From NCBI GenBank assembly GCA_002633005.1, contig NMRA01000093.1:635256-699255 (forward strand): DNA of 64,000 nt. The letters are read 5' to 3'. The notes under the pieces are model-generated. The model searched no databases. It had not been told where the DNA came from and saw nothing but the letters and a program-made list of their open reading frames with translations. The DNA is from Phoronis australis (Eukaryota; Animalia; Phoronida). Within the stretch, counting starts at the first letter, position 1. Each line of letters begins with the position of its first letter. Positions 14,369 to 28,704 of the stretch are shown in pieces. A program made the translations under genes and the position numbers.

Positions 14369-17300
14369 AAAAATCAGAAAATATGCTCAGGGTTAAAGAT
14401 TTTGCATGGGTGTATTTTGAAATTTGATAATTGGTTACCGTAAATTGTTGTTTTCGGAATATTTGCCCTTCTGTCTTGCCTGCAGAACACGCTAGTAAAT
14501 TTTTGTAAACTGCGCAAGTCAGACATGTTTTACTAAATCATTTGGAAAACTATGATCACATTTACCGCCAAAGATTCAGAAATTTTTCTCTTTCAATTGA
14601 AGTTTTTAGGAAGGAGATGCTACAATAGTTTCAAATGTAATTTTCTTCATTACAGAAACTACGAATATGAAAAGTAAAATACAGGATGGTCACTTTTGCC
14701 TCCTTCAGTTTTTTAATGCTATCTACTCTATAATTTGACTGTACTTCGGGAGCAACAAATTCTGTACTCTATAATTTGAAGACAAGTCTCAATATGCTTG
14801 TGTGTGACAATGTATGTATCGTTGTATTTCATTTCATTGTAGATGTACTTTGTGATAATGTATTTATCGTTGTATTTCATTTCATTGTAGATGTACTTTG
14901 TGATAATGTATTTATCGTTGTATTTCATTTCATTGTAGATGTACTTTTTTCTGTTGTTATCTATTTGTTCTCCTTAATTGTTAATATCTATTTAATCTAT
15001 TGTTACTTGGTGGTCAGATATTAGTGGCCTGTGCCTTTGCTGGCCACATAGTCATGAATGTATGATTTTATATGATTTAAAAAATAAAAGTTTCTCTCAC
15101 TCTCTACTAGCAATTTACTATTTAAAAAATTAAAGTTCACAATGTTTGAGGTCAAATGGAATCCATTTGACTGTAGATGCCATAATGAACGAGAAGAAGC
15201 TTTATAAAGGTGAGACCCTGCTGCTTAGTTACAGCTCAAGAGAGAGCTGATTTATGATTAAAACAGAAACTTCTAGTCTATAGTGTAAGATATGTAATTT
15301 TAATAGAAAATAAAGTAAATAAAACCTTTGAAGACGAAAAATGACCAATTTCCTGGAATGGGCCTTGGTCAGTCGTAACAGGTGAGATGTTACTGTTGAT
15401 GTTGTTGAAGTGTGAATAATTCGCATAAAAATACATTTGTACAGAAGAGTTACTGGCAGCAGGTAATGATGTATGTGACAACCTACAAAGGGCTTTGATT
15501 GCGACAGTGCCCTGGCCTTCTCATATCTATCGAGATATTAGAATCACATGAGTTGAGAAAGTGCAACCAGTTTCACTGGCTGAAGGAAATGATGGCAAAA
15601 ACACCCGCATTTTAGCCTGACAGATGTCTTCGAAGGGGTCGTTTACACCAACAGATAGTTTGTTCCTCCATTAGGCAAAATTGACATCCAAACATTTTAG
15701 TCTATGTCATAATTGATTGATGCAAAGAGAAACAAAAGCTTCTTGTCCTTGCGAATGTGTCCTTTGAATGTGTCCTTTGAAGTGCGTGGTCTGGCTACAA
15801 AGTGATAGTGAAAACACAGTGCAGCTTTGGAATTACAAAAACTGCCAGCAAAAGTGATGCTTGTAACAGTTCACATTAATGACATTGTTGTTGCTATTAG
15901 AGACAGTGCTACTGAAAATGGCAGTGCTAGTTTGCCCATTCAGAACAACACTNAAAAATCAGAAAATATGCTCAGGGTTAAAGATTTTGGGTGTATTTTC
16001 ATATTTGATAATTGGTTCCGTAAATTGTTGTTTTCGGAATATTTGCCCCTCTGTCTTGCCTGCAGAACACGCTAGTAAATTTTTGTAAACTGCGCAAAGT
16101 CAGAAATGTTTTACTAAATCATTTGGAAAACTATGATCACATTTACCGCCAAAGATTCAGAAATTTTTCTCTTTCAATTAAAGTTTTTAGGAAGGAGATG
16201 CTACAATAGTTTCAAATGGAAATTTTCTTCATTTCAGAAACTACGAATATGAAAAGTAAAATACAGGATGGTCACTTTTGCCTCCTTCAGTTTTTTAATG
16301 CTATCTACTCTATAATTTGAAGACAAGTTTCAAAATGCTTGTATGTGATAATGTATTTATCATTGTATTTTATTTCATTGTAGATGTACTTTTTTCTATT
16401 GTTATCTATATTGTTCTCCTTAATTGTTAATATCTATTTAATCTATTGTTACTTGGTGGTAAGATATTAGTGGCCTGTGCCTTTCCTGGCCACATAGTCA
16501 TGAATGTATGTTTTTATATGATTTAAAAAATAAAAGTTTTTCTCTCTCTCTACTGGCAATTTACTATTTAAAAAATTAAAGTTGACAATGTTTGAGGTCA
16601 AATGGAATCCATTTGACTGTAGATGCCATAATGAACGTTAAGTTGTCGGGGGTTTTGAGAACCTTTATAAAGGTGAAACCCTCCTGATTAGATACAGCTC
16701 AAGAGAGAGTTGATTTATGATTAAAACAGAAACTTCTAGTCTATAGTGTAAGATATGTAATTTTAATAGAAAATAATAAAGTAAATAAAATCTTTGAAGA
16801 AGAAAAATGACCAATTTCCTGGAATGGGCCTTGGTCAGTCGTAACAGGTGAGATGTTACTGTTGATGTTGTTGAAGTGTGAATAATTCGCATAAAAATAC
16901 ATTTGTACAGAAGAGTTACTGGCAGCAGGTAATGATGTATGTGACAACCTACAAAGGGCTTTGATTGCGACAGTGCCCTGGCCTTCTCATATCTATCGAG
17001 ATATTAGAATCACATGAGTTGAGAAAGTGCAACCAGTTTCACTGGCTGAAGGAAATGATGGCAAAAACACCCGCATTTTAGCCTGACAGATGTCTTCGAA
17101 GGGGTCGTTTACACCAACAGATAGTTTGTTCCTCCATTAGGCAAAATTGACATCCAAACATTTTAGTCTATGTCATAATTGATTGATGCAAAGAGAAACA
17201 AAAGCTTCTTGTCCTTGCGAATGTGTCCTTTGAATGTGTCCTTTGAAGTGCGTGGTCTGGCTACAAAGTGATAGTGAAAACACAGTGCAGCTTTGGAATT

Positions 17301-17418
17301 ACAAAAACTGCCAGCAAAAGTGATGCTTGTAACAGTTCACATTAATGACATTGTTGTTGCTATTAGCGACAGTGCTACTGAAAATGGCAGTGTTAGTTTG
17401 CCCATTCAGAACAACACT
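14369..17418. repeat. ~1.5-kb direct duplication (14369-15952 / 15954-17418) joined at a single N (15953); probable uncollapsed haplotypes
   Basis: Near-identical copies with SNPs and indels. The junction coincides exactly with an N, and duplicated spurious ORFs appear in the track. Confidence 0.9.
14803..14948. repeat. 48-bp tandem repeat x3
   Basis: Unit tgataatgtatttatcgttgtatttcatttcattgtagatgtactttg; only one unit in the second copy of the duplication (~16345-16390). Confidence 0.9.
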
Positions 17419-17929
17419 CCAGAACAAATGATCTTCCCAAAGGACAGGCCACCATGCAAAAGCAATGTTGAAAATCAATGCACTGCGAGTTGCTATCAGC
17501 TGAGGTCAAGACGCAGTAATAAAAAGGTGTAGATTTATCAAGCAAAGGTGAACTTGAAGAATGGGTTTAATCTAATCAACAGGTAACGCACGCCCAAATT
17601 GTCCCATCGCACACCTCCCACGACATTTGTCATATCAGTGTCATTATCTTTGACGTCTACAAATGGACAGCTCTCTGACTTGCGATATGATGATTCTTTC
17701 TTGGCAAAGTATGTTCCTGTCATAAGTTTTTTGTTGGTTCGTTTTTGTTTGTTTTTTTTCGTACAATACGGCATGTATTTCTATTATATCTGACATGAAA
17801 TTTATCAACAATTTTTGTAAGTTTAGGCATCAGAATTATCTTCCACTTCCTATGATGTTCATGGTTTTATTAGACACGAGCAGTCTGAATTGTTCCCGGA
17901 AAGCAATTTTGATGAAACAGCACTTTGTA

Positions 17930-18320
17930 TTAAAGTTAAACTTGCATGCCAATTCCTTGTCTCTGTGATTGCTTCGTCAAATTAGTTAGAAACACAATAT
18001 ATAGCAATGATGTGAATAGGTTGAAAATTGTCAAATGTTTTAAAGAACAAGTTTCATGTTGAAAGTGATCTGCCGAAAATCACTGAACCGTATCCAGTAA
18101 GTATCGTGATGTGATGGGAAATAATGCTGCATGGTGCGGAGTATTTGAGCCCCCAAGGTACGTCATTAGTGCAAAGGTCACTTATTTACAAAATTTTTTG
18201 TTTTCATATTTACAAATTCCCAATAAATACAACTGCACTTTGTTTAGCCGGAGATGGTGCTCAAATAGAATTGCCGTTTAGTTCCTGTTATACATTACCA
18301 TAGCTAAGAGCATGCAAATA
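17930..18320 (+). repeat. Dispersed repeat, copy 1 (copy 2 at ~38715-39100)
   Basis: Shared blocks tcaaattagttagaaac, ccagtaagtat, tgagcccccaaggta, ttagtgcaaaggtcac and gtttagttcctg, in the same order. Confidence 0.8.
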
Positions 18321-20950
18321 ACAGCTAGTATTTATCAATTGCCAGAACAGTTGTAAATTTCATCTCATTTTCTCTATGAACACAGCTGACACATGCTTCT
18401 CTTCCTTCATGTTTTGCCCCTTTTTAAAATGTCATGCAATGTGTTACCTGATTCTCTATGAATAGTCCATATTTCAGTTATGTGACGCTATTTAACAGAA
18501 AATAAACCTTTTTTGCGACACTTCATAAATTAGAAAAAAACATCATCACTTAAAGCCATTCCATACTGTGATGGGTCTTTTGAATTCCAATGCAAATAAT
18601 TGCTGAGGAACAATTTTCAATGCATGCCAGTACTTTTGACATTTTACTATATACGTCAATAACCAAGAACTCCACCTTTTAACAACATCTATTCAAGTAC
18701 AAACTACACTTGGGACCCATTACAAAAAAGGTCCATTTTGCAGTGACAGTCTGGCCAAGCTATAGACACATTTACCACTGAATAACCCATGAGGTTTCCC
18801 TCATTCAAATTTCACTCCATTCTTTGAAGGTATGATCACTCTGATAAGCCATTGTGTACACAACAAGTCATGTTGTCCCATTGTGGTGCCCAGACAAGTT
18901 AACACTATCACCATGGGTAGAGGTTGGGACTTATTAATAAACAAACAGTAGTTAGATAAATGCCCTGGATGGTCTTGGCAAGATGAATGAAAAGTGACAG
19001 CAGGGGGAAGGGTTAGCAAATTAGAATTGTTTTGGGAAACCTTTTTTCGTCATTCGAAATTGTCTTATTGTTTCCCAGGCATTGTGACGGTCTGTATTCT
19101 GAATATGAGATGGCATCGCCTGCATTATTTGGAAGAGCTTCCGCAGGTATAATGGCAGATTGCAACATGGGTTGAAATCGCTTCCCTTAAAGGACACATA
19201 CATGGTCAGCTTTTCTTCATCGCCGCATCAATCAATTTATGCTACAGATTGAATGCTTTGACAACACTTTTTGCTCAAAAGCAACTAAGATAAGATGGTG
19301 TGGAAACAAACAAACTAGTAACAAAAAACGACCCCTTTGGAAACAACTCGTCTCTCTGGCTAAACTACAAGCATTTACGTGTTGTTTTAGCCAGTTAAAA
19401 TGGAAGCATTTTCGCCACTCCTTGGAAACAAATATCAGACATGAGAAATGAACTGCAACAATTAAATCTGATTACTGCAGAGAGGAAGGGATTTTAATTA
19501 AAACACTATAAACATTCATTGTCTTTAATTTGCAAGGACTGAAATGTGAGAAGGATAACATTTTATGGCTAAACAAAATATAAGAGGGCAAAAGAGGTCG
19601 TGGGAGAATTCAATCAGGGCGCAAACTCAAAAGCTGAAATAAAGAACGGGCAGCGCCTTGCTAAAACCATTACATGGATTTGTCATTTACATAACGCTGG
19701 GACCTATGCTAGGACCTAGTTAAAATCAAGCCAAAATCACAAGTACTCATTTAAAATACACAACATAATCTCACTTTATCTTGCAAAATCTTGCTTTTTA
19801 GCAAGAACCTAGCATCACTGAACTCTACCCAGTACTATAAGAAACGCAAAAAACATGGACCAGAGCTGTCTGGACTCCTTGGATAATGAATGAGTCGATC
19901 CAAGTGGGTATTCCAATGTAAATGACAAATTCATGTCACAACAGCCCATGGAGAATCCTGCAATCCCACCAGTGAGGTTAGCCACAATTCTTGACAACAA
20001 GTCAATGAAAGTCACACCAAATTTTAGTTTCAGCACAACATTCTATTCCATAATCCAAATTGCCACAAACAGTTTCGCTCCCTGCCCACAGGACTGATTT
20101 TTAAAGCAGGCTCAATTTTTATAACTCCCTGAATCTTTGCAACAGGTTTATTAATTACTCAGTCCAACAATGCCATATTTACATACGATATTTGCGAAGT
20201 GTTATATAGACATAAATCACAATAGGATTAGTTTTATTAGTCGGTGACAGGAGTGATTTTTTTAAAAAAAGCTAAATTTATGAATGCTAACAGAATCTGA
20301 ATTAAGTACTAAATTCACGTAGTGACACTAAATCTTCAAGACAGCATATGCTTGTTTGAATGCAATGAACATTTTCACAAGCTCGAATTTATAAAAGAAA
20401 ACATTTAAATAACTAAATAGAACTGACTTGGTTTAAACATTTTTTCACTTTCCATTTTTGATAGGTCTATTTATGGTAATTCTGACAATGCTAAAAGGAC
20501 ACCAAACCATACAGTATTGAACAATGCTCCACCTACCGTACACTATCTGCACATTTGGTGTAGCTTGGACGGCATGTATTCAGTTAAATTAGAGATCAAC
20601 AGGTACGTTGGGATCAGACGCAGCAGAAGACTATCATTACTAGTTCAAATTCAGTTGATGTCGTCTGCGCCACGCCATTTTTCATAGCATTATCAAATTA
20701 ACGAACCAACAAATGGGTTAATGGAGCGAATTAAAAGTACTCTTTCTCATCGCCATAAGGACAAAATTACCACTCCTGGACTTATTTATTTCTAATTTTC
20801 ATAATGCACACGCACTCAAATTCACCGTATGTTCATCCATGATCTAGAGTCTGGAGAACAAGGTCATTAAGAAACATTACCATAAAAGGTATAGATAAAA
20901 AACCCTGCATTTCCCGACTACTGTACATACTGCGGTAAAATCTCATTGCA

Positions 20951-21116
20951 TTTGAATGGCAACACTGTTGTCACTGTATTTGAATGGAAACACTGTTGTC
21001 ACTGTATTTGAATGACAACACTGTTGTCACTGTATTTGAATGGCAACACTGTTGTCACTGTATTTGAATGGCAACACTGTTGTCACTGTATTTGAATGGC
21101 AACACTGTTGTCACTG
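20951..21116. repeat. 28-bp tandem repeat (TTTGAATGGCAACACTGTTGTCACTGTA) x6
   Basis: Directly visible. Confidence 0.95.
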
Positions 21117-22489
21117 ACACCCTCTCCATGCTCAGACACTTCATGCTTTAGAATGAAAAGTAAGTATAAATAAATTAACATAAAAATTCTTCAATTTGGG
21201 ACAAACATTGCTAAAACAGCCATTTTTCTAGTATTCATAGGTTGACTACATTCTTACATAATGCTGTTTGGTGAGAATTATCTGGAAAGAATCTTTCATG
21301 AAGAAAATTGACAGAACAAATTTCCCTTGTCTCCCACACTGAATTTTTTATCCTATTTCACATTGATTGTTCCCAGTAATCTACTCATGTCAGATACACT
21401 AAGCATCAGAGTGCATTATTAGGGATAATATTACAGATAAGATCATAGATAATATCACTAGTAATGCTAAGCTTCCATTGTTAATACAATTGTAACTGTC
21501 TGGTGAACACTGCTCATGTTAACGAGATTTGAAGTGGAAATTTTGAAAACAATCCTCAAACAACATCTAATGAAATATTGGGCTATTGCAGAGATGAAGA
21601 ACATCTTCCTATAGATGAAAAAAGTAATTTTTGATATGTTTGTTGAAAGTGGAAGCATTTATATCACGTATGACAGTCTCTCACCAATTTTGGACACAAT
21701 GAGGTCTCATTTTCACATGAAAGACAAGCAGCACCAAATGTTTTATTAAATGTATGTTAATATTATCATAATCATAGTTGAACTGAAATTGTATGTATTC
21801 ACAATGAAAATGGTCACTTTCATCAGTGCATGACATGTATGTTAAGAGGTGGCGTAGTTGAGGCTCGCTGCTAGAGCACGGAAACGCCCATGTACAAAAA
21901 ATAAACATTTTCTCAATTACTTTGTAAATCAAGTACGCGTGGAGATTTTGTTAAACAATCATTTTTTAATTATATTTCCAGACAGACCAATGTCAGTACT
22001 GAAGCATATTAAACTTATGTGCCCAATTTATGTAAATAATACAGAACAACATTTACATTTTAATCACCAATTTTTTATACATGTGTAGTGTTCTCACCAG
22101 GCTTTTTAAATATCGTGGACAGCCAAGCTCAATTTTCAGGCCATAACACTTATGTTTTCTTAGTCGTCATGATTAAACAGCGAAGGCCCACTTGATGTTG
22201 ACGACCCAATTACCGTATCTCGGATTTGACCGGAAAGTTGCATCTATAAAAAACTTTGTTTTCATCCAAAACGTACCATCTGGTGTGTCACCAATTACTT
22301 ACTAGAGATTCATTCGCGTCCAAAAACTGACGCGCCTCTGTGACTAGCAACAGGACGTGCTTCATTTTAGGGCTCTACACAGAACAACTGATGCAGAACA
22401 AGCAGACACCGCAATGTTGATTTTGTCACCAACTTCTGCCTCAACTATCATCCTGTCCCCCTTTACAACATTTCAGGGAGTTGTGGTCA

Positions 22490-22572
22490 ATATGAATGGT
22501 TAACTTCAGTCCTGGATTGAGGTTAACAGTGCCAGTTAACTTCACAGTAAACAGGTGGATTTAACAGCGGAG
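22490..22572 (+). repeat. Short dispersed repeat (other copies at ~25075-25157 and partly ~36895-36930)
   Basis: atgaatggttaacttcagtc...aacttc.cagtaaa.aggtggatttaacagc recurs. Confidence 0.75.
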
Positions 22573-22965
22573 CATCGATGCTGTGTTGGGGGTATGAATA
22601 GTCAACTTGGGTTCCCTCGAGGTTATCACCAGGGCCCGCTGTTATCGTCAACACTTAAAAGGCAGCGTCGACATTAAAAGTTGCTTATATTTTGCTCGAA
22701 TAATCACTAACTGAATTAGAAATAACTTTTACGTCAATTAGCACACATAAATGTTCTCAGATTATCACATTAAAAAACTCTTAGCGTGCACGCGATGCCT
22801 CAGCACTACCTTGTGATTGCTTCGATGATGGCAGCATCACCTATTGTTAAATTCAATGTCTGTTAACAACCAAAGCCGGTATGAGATTCAGTTAACTTTG
22901 CAATTCGTGTCAACACTCCATTCAGAGTCAACTCAGCATGAAAAGGCCTTATCACCTCTAAATAC

Positions 22966-24047
22966 ACAAGGGCAACGCAGAGCGTTGAAATGCGCCACGA
23001 ATGCATCGCAAATGGTGTGCTTTTAGGGTTAGTTATTTGTATCATAAAAATGGCCACTAGATGGAGCAAAAACGTACAATCCATCCAAATACAGGTATGG
23101 ATGCAAAACAAAACAGAGCTACCACTAGGAGGCGCCACAGTAGTCAGTCGCCATCATCAAACGTCCTCTTCACACTGAGAACATTTCAATTTTCAAAACC
23201 ATCCCTAGAAGGATTTGGTTGATCAGGGTTTGAAAACAGCAAAAATGGCCACTAGGTGGGGCAAAATACCTAGATTCCATCCAAAAATAGGAGCAAAGTG
23301 TCATCTCTTCAATAGATGCCTATATTCAAAATTTTATGAAAATCTGTTTTGGACCTTTGAAGATACAGAGGTAAACATAAAAAACTAAAATTGCCGCTGG
23401 GGAGCACACGAATGGTCAGATCCATCCGAAAGTCGTCATTGTTTGTTGTCAACATCATATAAATACACTTGCTAAATGAAGTAAAGATCCTGATAACGGT
23501 TTAGGAAATACAGCCATAGGCGCAAAAAAAATTGCCACTAGGAGGCGCCACAGTAGTTGAAGTCGTTGGAAAACCATCGTCAGCCATCCACTTCATAGTA
23601 AGAACTTACATGACAATTTTCACAATCATCCTTTGAGCGATTTGGTTGATGGAGGGATGGACACCAAAAAACTGACTCGAAAACAGTAAAAATGGCCACT
23701 AGGTGGCACAAAATACCTCGAATCCATCCGAAAACAAAAGGATAGCGTCACCTCATTAATAGATGCCTATGTGCCAAATTTCATGAAAATCGGTTGAGGA
23801 CCTTTCAAGATACAGAGGCAAACGTAAAAAACCTAAAATTGCCACTGGGGGCACAGCGGTATTCAGGTCGGTCCGAAACTCGTCACCCTCTGTCGTCAAC
23901 CCCATAGGAACACACCTGCCAAATTTCAATAAGATCCTGCAAGGGGTTTAGGAGATACAGCCGCGGACGCCATACATCGGGATGCCCAGACAGAGATAAC
24001 GGAAATATGCACCCACATATTTATATAAATATGTGGGTGCATGAAAA
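22966..24047 (+). mobile_element. Non-autonomous Helentron/HINE-like element with internal sub-repeats and a 3' palindrome
   Basis: 5' acaag...ttgaaatgcgccac; repeated aaaatggccactagg / aaattgccact.gg / ccaaatttcatgaaaat blocks; perfect 36-bp palindrome at 24007-24042 followed by an A-run. Same architecture at 30936-32112. Superfamily assignment is inference. Confidence 0.65.
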
Positions 24048-24715
24048 CTGTAGGAGACCAAAGAGATCATCTTGTGTAATAGCTCACATACAACATGCAA
24101 GAGAGAAAAGTGAGATGTATAAGTCTCACGTCCATAAGCAACGGAAGGTTTCGCTTTAACCACTTACTGCTAGAGTACAGTAAACAGCAAGTTACATTTT
24201 GCACAGTATGTGATAACTGTCAAGTTCAACAGTGTTGCCCAAAGGAAAATGCAAAACATAACATTTAAGTTTGTTGTCCCTGAATTTGTTGTCTGCGTCA
24301 AACAGAATTGATTAAATATTGAACTGTTCTTGCGTTTGTAATATTTCTAGGATTGAAGGGTTTCCATACATACGAAATACTGTGTTGAAGCACAGCCTAT
24401 GGTTGTTTTGTTCAATATATCCATTATAGAACACCATGAAGGAAACGCCCTCACATCGTTGAATTTGAACATTTCTTAGATAGTGCGCACATTTGTCAAA
24501 GGCCAGAATGAGACTTGTATGAAAGGAGGGTTGATGGCAACTAATAATGAGATAATAACATGTCCGCAACTGCGTACAGCTTTTGGAAGAAAAGCTAGTT
24601 TTGTAAATTAAGCAAAATGACGATAATCATAAATGATCTTTTGGCTTTTGAAAAAGGAAACTTGAGCAATTCATTTTACCTGCGACTAACAATTAATTTT
24701 GGAAACTCACTGTAA

Positions 24716-24787
24716 GTACATATGAATATGGAATGTACATATGAATATGGAATGTACATATGAATATGAAATGTACATATGAATATA
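24716..24787. repeat. 19-bp tandem repeat (GTACATATGAATATGGAAT) x~4
   Basis: Directly visible. Confidence 0.88.
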
Positions 24788-25543
24788 AATTCATTGGTAT
24801 AAGTCATAGTAAATTAACATGTACAACATAATTGTGAGGCAGGCCTGATATGATGTAGCACTGATCCCCCATCCACCACCATGAAACACAAATGAGTAGT
24901 GAGAGTTGCGGTTATATTGTTCCAGGTAGTTTTAATTTACGGGTAATTACCGTTTCTCATCCTCAATGCTAATGGGGGCAACTGAATATTGAGTGAGCTT
25001 ACCCAGTAATCAAGAGAGAGTAGGTCCTTTCATACTCATGTCGACATGTCAACGTTTTGAGGAGTTGTAGACAGTATGAATGGTTAACTTCAGTCATGGA
25101 TCGAAATTGAACAGCGTCAGCTAACTTCGCAGTAAAAAGGTGGATTTAACAGCAGAGCGTGAGGAAAGGCGGGAACTCGCAAGTTGCATTACGTTAACTT
25201 GTGAATGTCTGAACGCGGCCGTGCCTACAAGAAGTCCTTTACTGACAATCTTAACAAAATAATATTCAATCATTAAATGCTCCACCTTAACAGTAGTAAC
25301 ACACCTTGTGCACTAACTACTCATTCTGAATGGTGTGCAAAGGTACAAGGTGCAGTCGAATGGGGAAGAGTTTCTAATGTTGTTCAACATATCAATTGAT
25401 GACAAAACAGGTTGAACCGAGTGTGTGAACCATGTTGCGTAAGCCAAAAAGGTCTATTTGAAATAACACCACTCTTAGGCAAAAACACAAATATTATTCC
25501 AGAACTTTAGTTGAGCTGCCTGCCATGTGAACGTAGTACTTAC

Positions 25544-25599
25544 TTCTCCCCATTCAGGATTCTCATCATCCTTTCTGACCTCAGTCTTTTTCTTGATTC
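25544..25599 (-). CDS. MYOF: Ferlin coding exon 2: (G)IKKKTEVRKDDENPEWGE
   Basis: Acceptor ttattttAG, donor GTAAGT; 56 bp, phase 1 to 0, joining exons 1 and 3 in frame. Resembles recalled DYSF exon 2 (GVKKRTKVIKNSVNPVWNE, 56 bp). Too short for the ORF track. Confidence 0.92.
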
Positions 25600-27068
25600 C
25601 TAAAATAAGGAAACAAAATAAATGACTGGCTTCTTAAGGCTACAATGCAGACGGTCCATACACACGTCAACTTACAGAAATCCTCATTTTCCAACATGTT
25701 TAAATGTCCCTAATAATGATAAGGAGTTCACAATATGGTAGAAGAAAATGGGTCAAAATTCAATAAAATTTTAATCCATTATTTTGATGAGACTTTTCTT
25801 TTCTGTAGAAGTGCGTTCTAAACAAAAGAGTAGCTTTACACAATAAACCATTTGTAAGTTTTTCACCTGAGGTGAAGTGGTACAGATTCGTCATAATGCA
25901 TTACCTGCCATTTAAGGTCTAAAGGCACGCATTTGGAACACCAGTACAAGGCCTTACAAACCTGAGGTGGATTACCGTTTGACAGATTAGCACCATGATG
26001 TCAAGAGAAGGGTTGCAAAAATCAACTTGGTTTCATCTTATCCAGGTCTATTAAGTCCATACAATAAGTAATGTCAGGTCTTCCTCAAGCCTAGAATTTA
26101 TTTACCACTCACTACCCACTAACCCAGTGTCTATATTGACACTGATACAACTTCATATGCGACTTTGAAAATGACTTTTGAACTACTGCCTAAACACTGC
26201 GATTGCTCAGCACCTCATTTCAGCTCAAGCCATTTCAGAATACCCCGACACTCCCAATGTGCACAGCCAAATTTCCGAAGGAGCGGAGGGGGACGCCATG
26301 CTTCCTACCAACACGAAAAAATACCACACACTGTTTCTATTGGCTACATGGGCAGTATAATTAAAAAATTGTGACTGCCATCTCCCCCTTAGGACACCTT
26401 ATAGGGACTCAGATGTCATAACTCAATGACCAGAGGAGTTTTGTGAGCTAACACAGCTCAAGGAGTGAAAGTCACAAAGCACAACTACTGGAGCGGCTTT
26501 TCCTAGTTTTAACAGTCGTTTTCCGCAATAGCGCAACATAATGAAATGCGCTGTGTCGTTAGATGGCAATATCTGGAGTTCTGTGTTCTTGTATGTGGCT
26601 TTAATACAGTGGGATTTCCAAGCATTTCATAAATTCATTGCAACCATCCACAAGCCGTCAAATCACCGCTGATCCGGAGGAGTATTCAAACAATTCACGC
26701 AAAAATAATTTGAATTGGGTCACGCAAAAGGTGCTTTTGTGCTTTCACAATGCTAAAGAGCTGTAGGCAAAGTACATAGAAAAAATGTTTCCATGTCATG
26801 ATGGCTAATTCAGTTCACAATAACAAATTTTGGTGGCAAAATTCTAGTTACAGAATGATTACATCAACTTGCTAACTTTCCTGAGAATTCACATTCATTC
26901 TTGGTCATAAGGGAAGGCTAATATAATAACTCTGACGATGAACTCAGCTGCAGCCCAGACGTCTTGGTGAGGAATTCCCGGTGACCTTATACGGATACGT
27001 TTGACAAGTACTGCAGCATATTTCACATTACTAATTCACCAAGAACACCAAAGAAGCTGAGCTCGTTT

Positions 27069-27214
27069 CATGGGCGGCGCAGCACTGAAAAAAGTGGGGG
27101 CCTAAAGCCCCCTCAGCCCCCTGTGGTGCATCGCCTGTAGACCATGTGCGGCACAGCACTGAAAAAAGTTGGGGGGCCATAGCCCCCCCAGCCCCCTATG
27201 GTGCGCCGCCCATG
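27069..27214. mobile_element. Dimer of a ~73-bp hAT-like MITE with outer 13-bp TIRs CATGGGCGGCGCA
   Basis: Perfect 13-bp terminal inverted repeat; cagcactgaaaaaagt...cagccccct..ggtgc occurs twice; no TSD seen. Confidence 0.6.
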
Positions 27215-28704
27215 CATTTTATTGTCTTTAATGTTGTTAATTTAGTCAGTGAGCAAACACACATCACACAAAATCAGTCACTACTGTATATGCATATATA
27301 AGTACCGTCCATACACAGCCTACCCTGAAACAACTTGCACTAGTGCAACTTACCCCACTTTTAAGAGGAGCGTACACACGCACGCACGCACACACATCAA
27401 ATAACTGGGGATAAGACAGAAGTCATCGCTCTGCGTGTGACAATGAACACCTAATGCGAGAACGGTGTACAAAAGAAAACCCGTCTGTATGTTACCGCAG
27501 CTGATAACTACTTCCACCCTACCCCACTTTAATGACCACACAGCAATTATAAGTGGCACATTAGTTCCCCCACCTTGATAATGTGGAGCAAGTTGTCACA
27601 AGTGCGGTACGTTGTGCTGGTTTAAATAGCATCCAGACAGCACTCAAACCTAGCAGCAACTCGTTCCAGGAGTAACTTGTTCTGGGGTAAGTCTGTATGT
27701 GGACGCCACTTAAGAGGGCCAGGAGTACAACAGGAACTATTCATTAGAGCTTCCTTATTCTAAGGCAATACATTCAGTAAATTCACTTGGTAAGCATTGG
27801 TTAGAACAGGAGCATGACACAGATTTCACTGAAGTACCTTTGGAGAGATTTATTACGAAGGTAACTCATGGCTGCACACCCATTATCCAGCTGTTTCCAC
27901 AACTGCTATCTTTCGCACTGTTGTTTAAACTGTCTGTTTACATTTAACAAGCTGAGGGTACAAATACACTGATACATTAGCAGTGAAATCCAATAATATG
28001 AATACAGAATAAACTCCTGTAACCTCATTTTTATTGGGAATCTTAAAAATTCAATATTTTGAGACAAAACCTTTTGACCGAATGATTGCAAAACAGTTTT
28101 GAAACAATCAAATGATTCAGCCTCAAAAAAACGAATGCAGCCTAAACGAGGTTGCAGCGAGAATATTTATGGGAAATATTCCAAATCAATGTCCACTTTC
28201 TATGAAATCTAAAGCCCAAGTTTAATTGAGCAGACCGACAGGTTTTCATTCCAAATCAATCATTGACTGCTTGAAAACTTGAAGAAGATGCTAAATATTA
28301 CAATGAGATAAATAATTAACTATGAACAGAAAGAGGACCACAATGGATTGTGTTCAATAACAATGGGCACTGGCAAGTAAAAATTTGCATTCATGTGCTC
28401 TGCTTGAACTGTAGTGCATGACAATATCGGCAATATCTCAGAAATAAATGATCCAAATCGTGTTCTTGCAAGACATTTCAAAATCCTGTGAGTGAAAGGC
28501 GAGTGTTTCGTGAGTATGCTTGGGAGTTTACTAGCCTGTCCTAGCAAAATGGCGGCCACAGAACTGACAGAAGTTATTGGTCGGCGAGGTGGGAGTGTTC
28601 AATTGTGGGATTGAATTCGGGGTTTCTGTTCCATAAGTAAAGATTGCCACAAGTGCTGCCTTATGTCATTGGAACTACAGCCTTTGTCATTAGAATAGCA
28701 ATTA

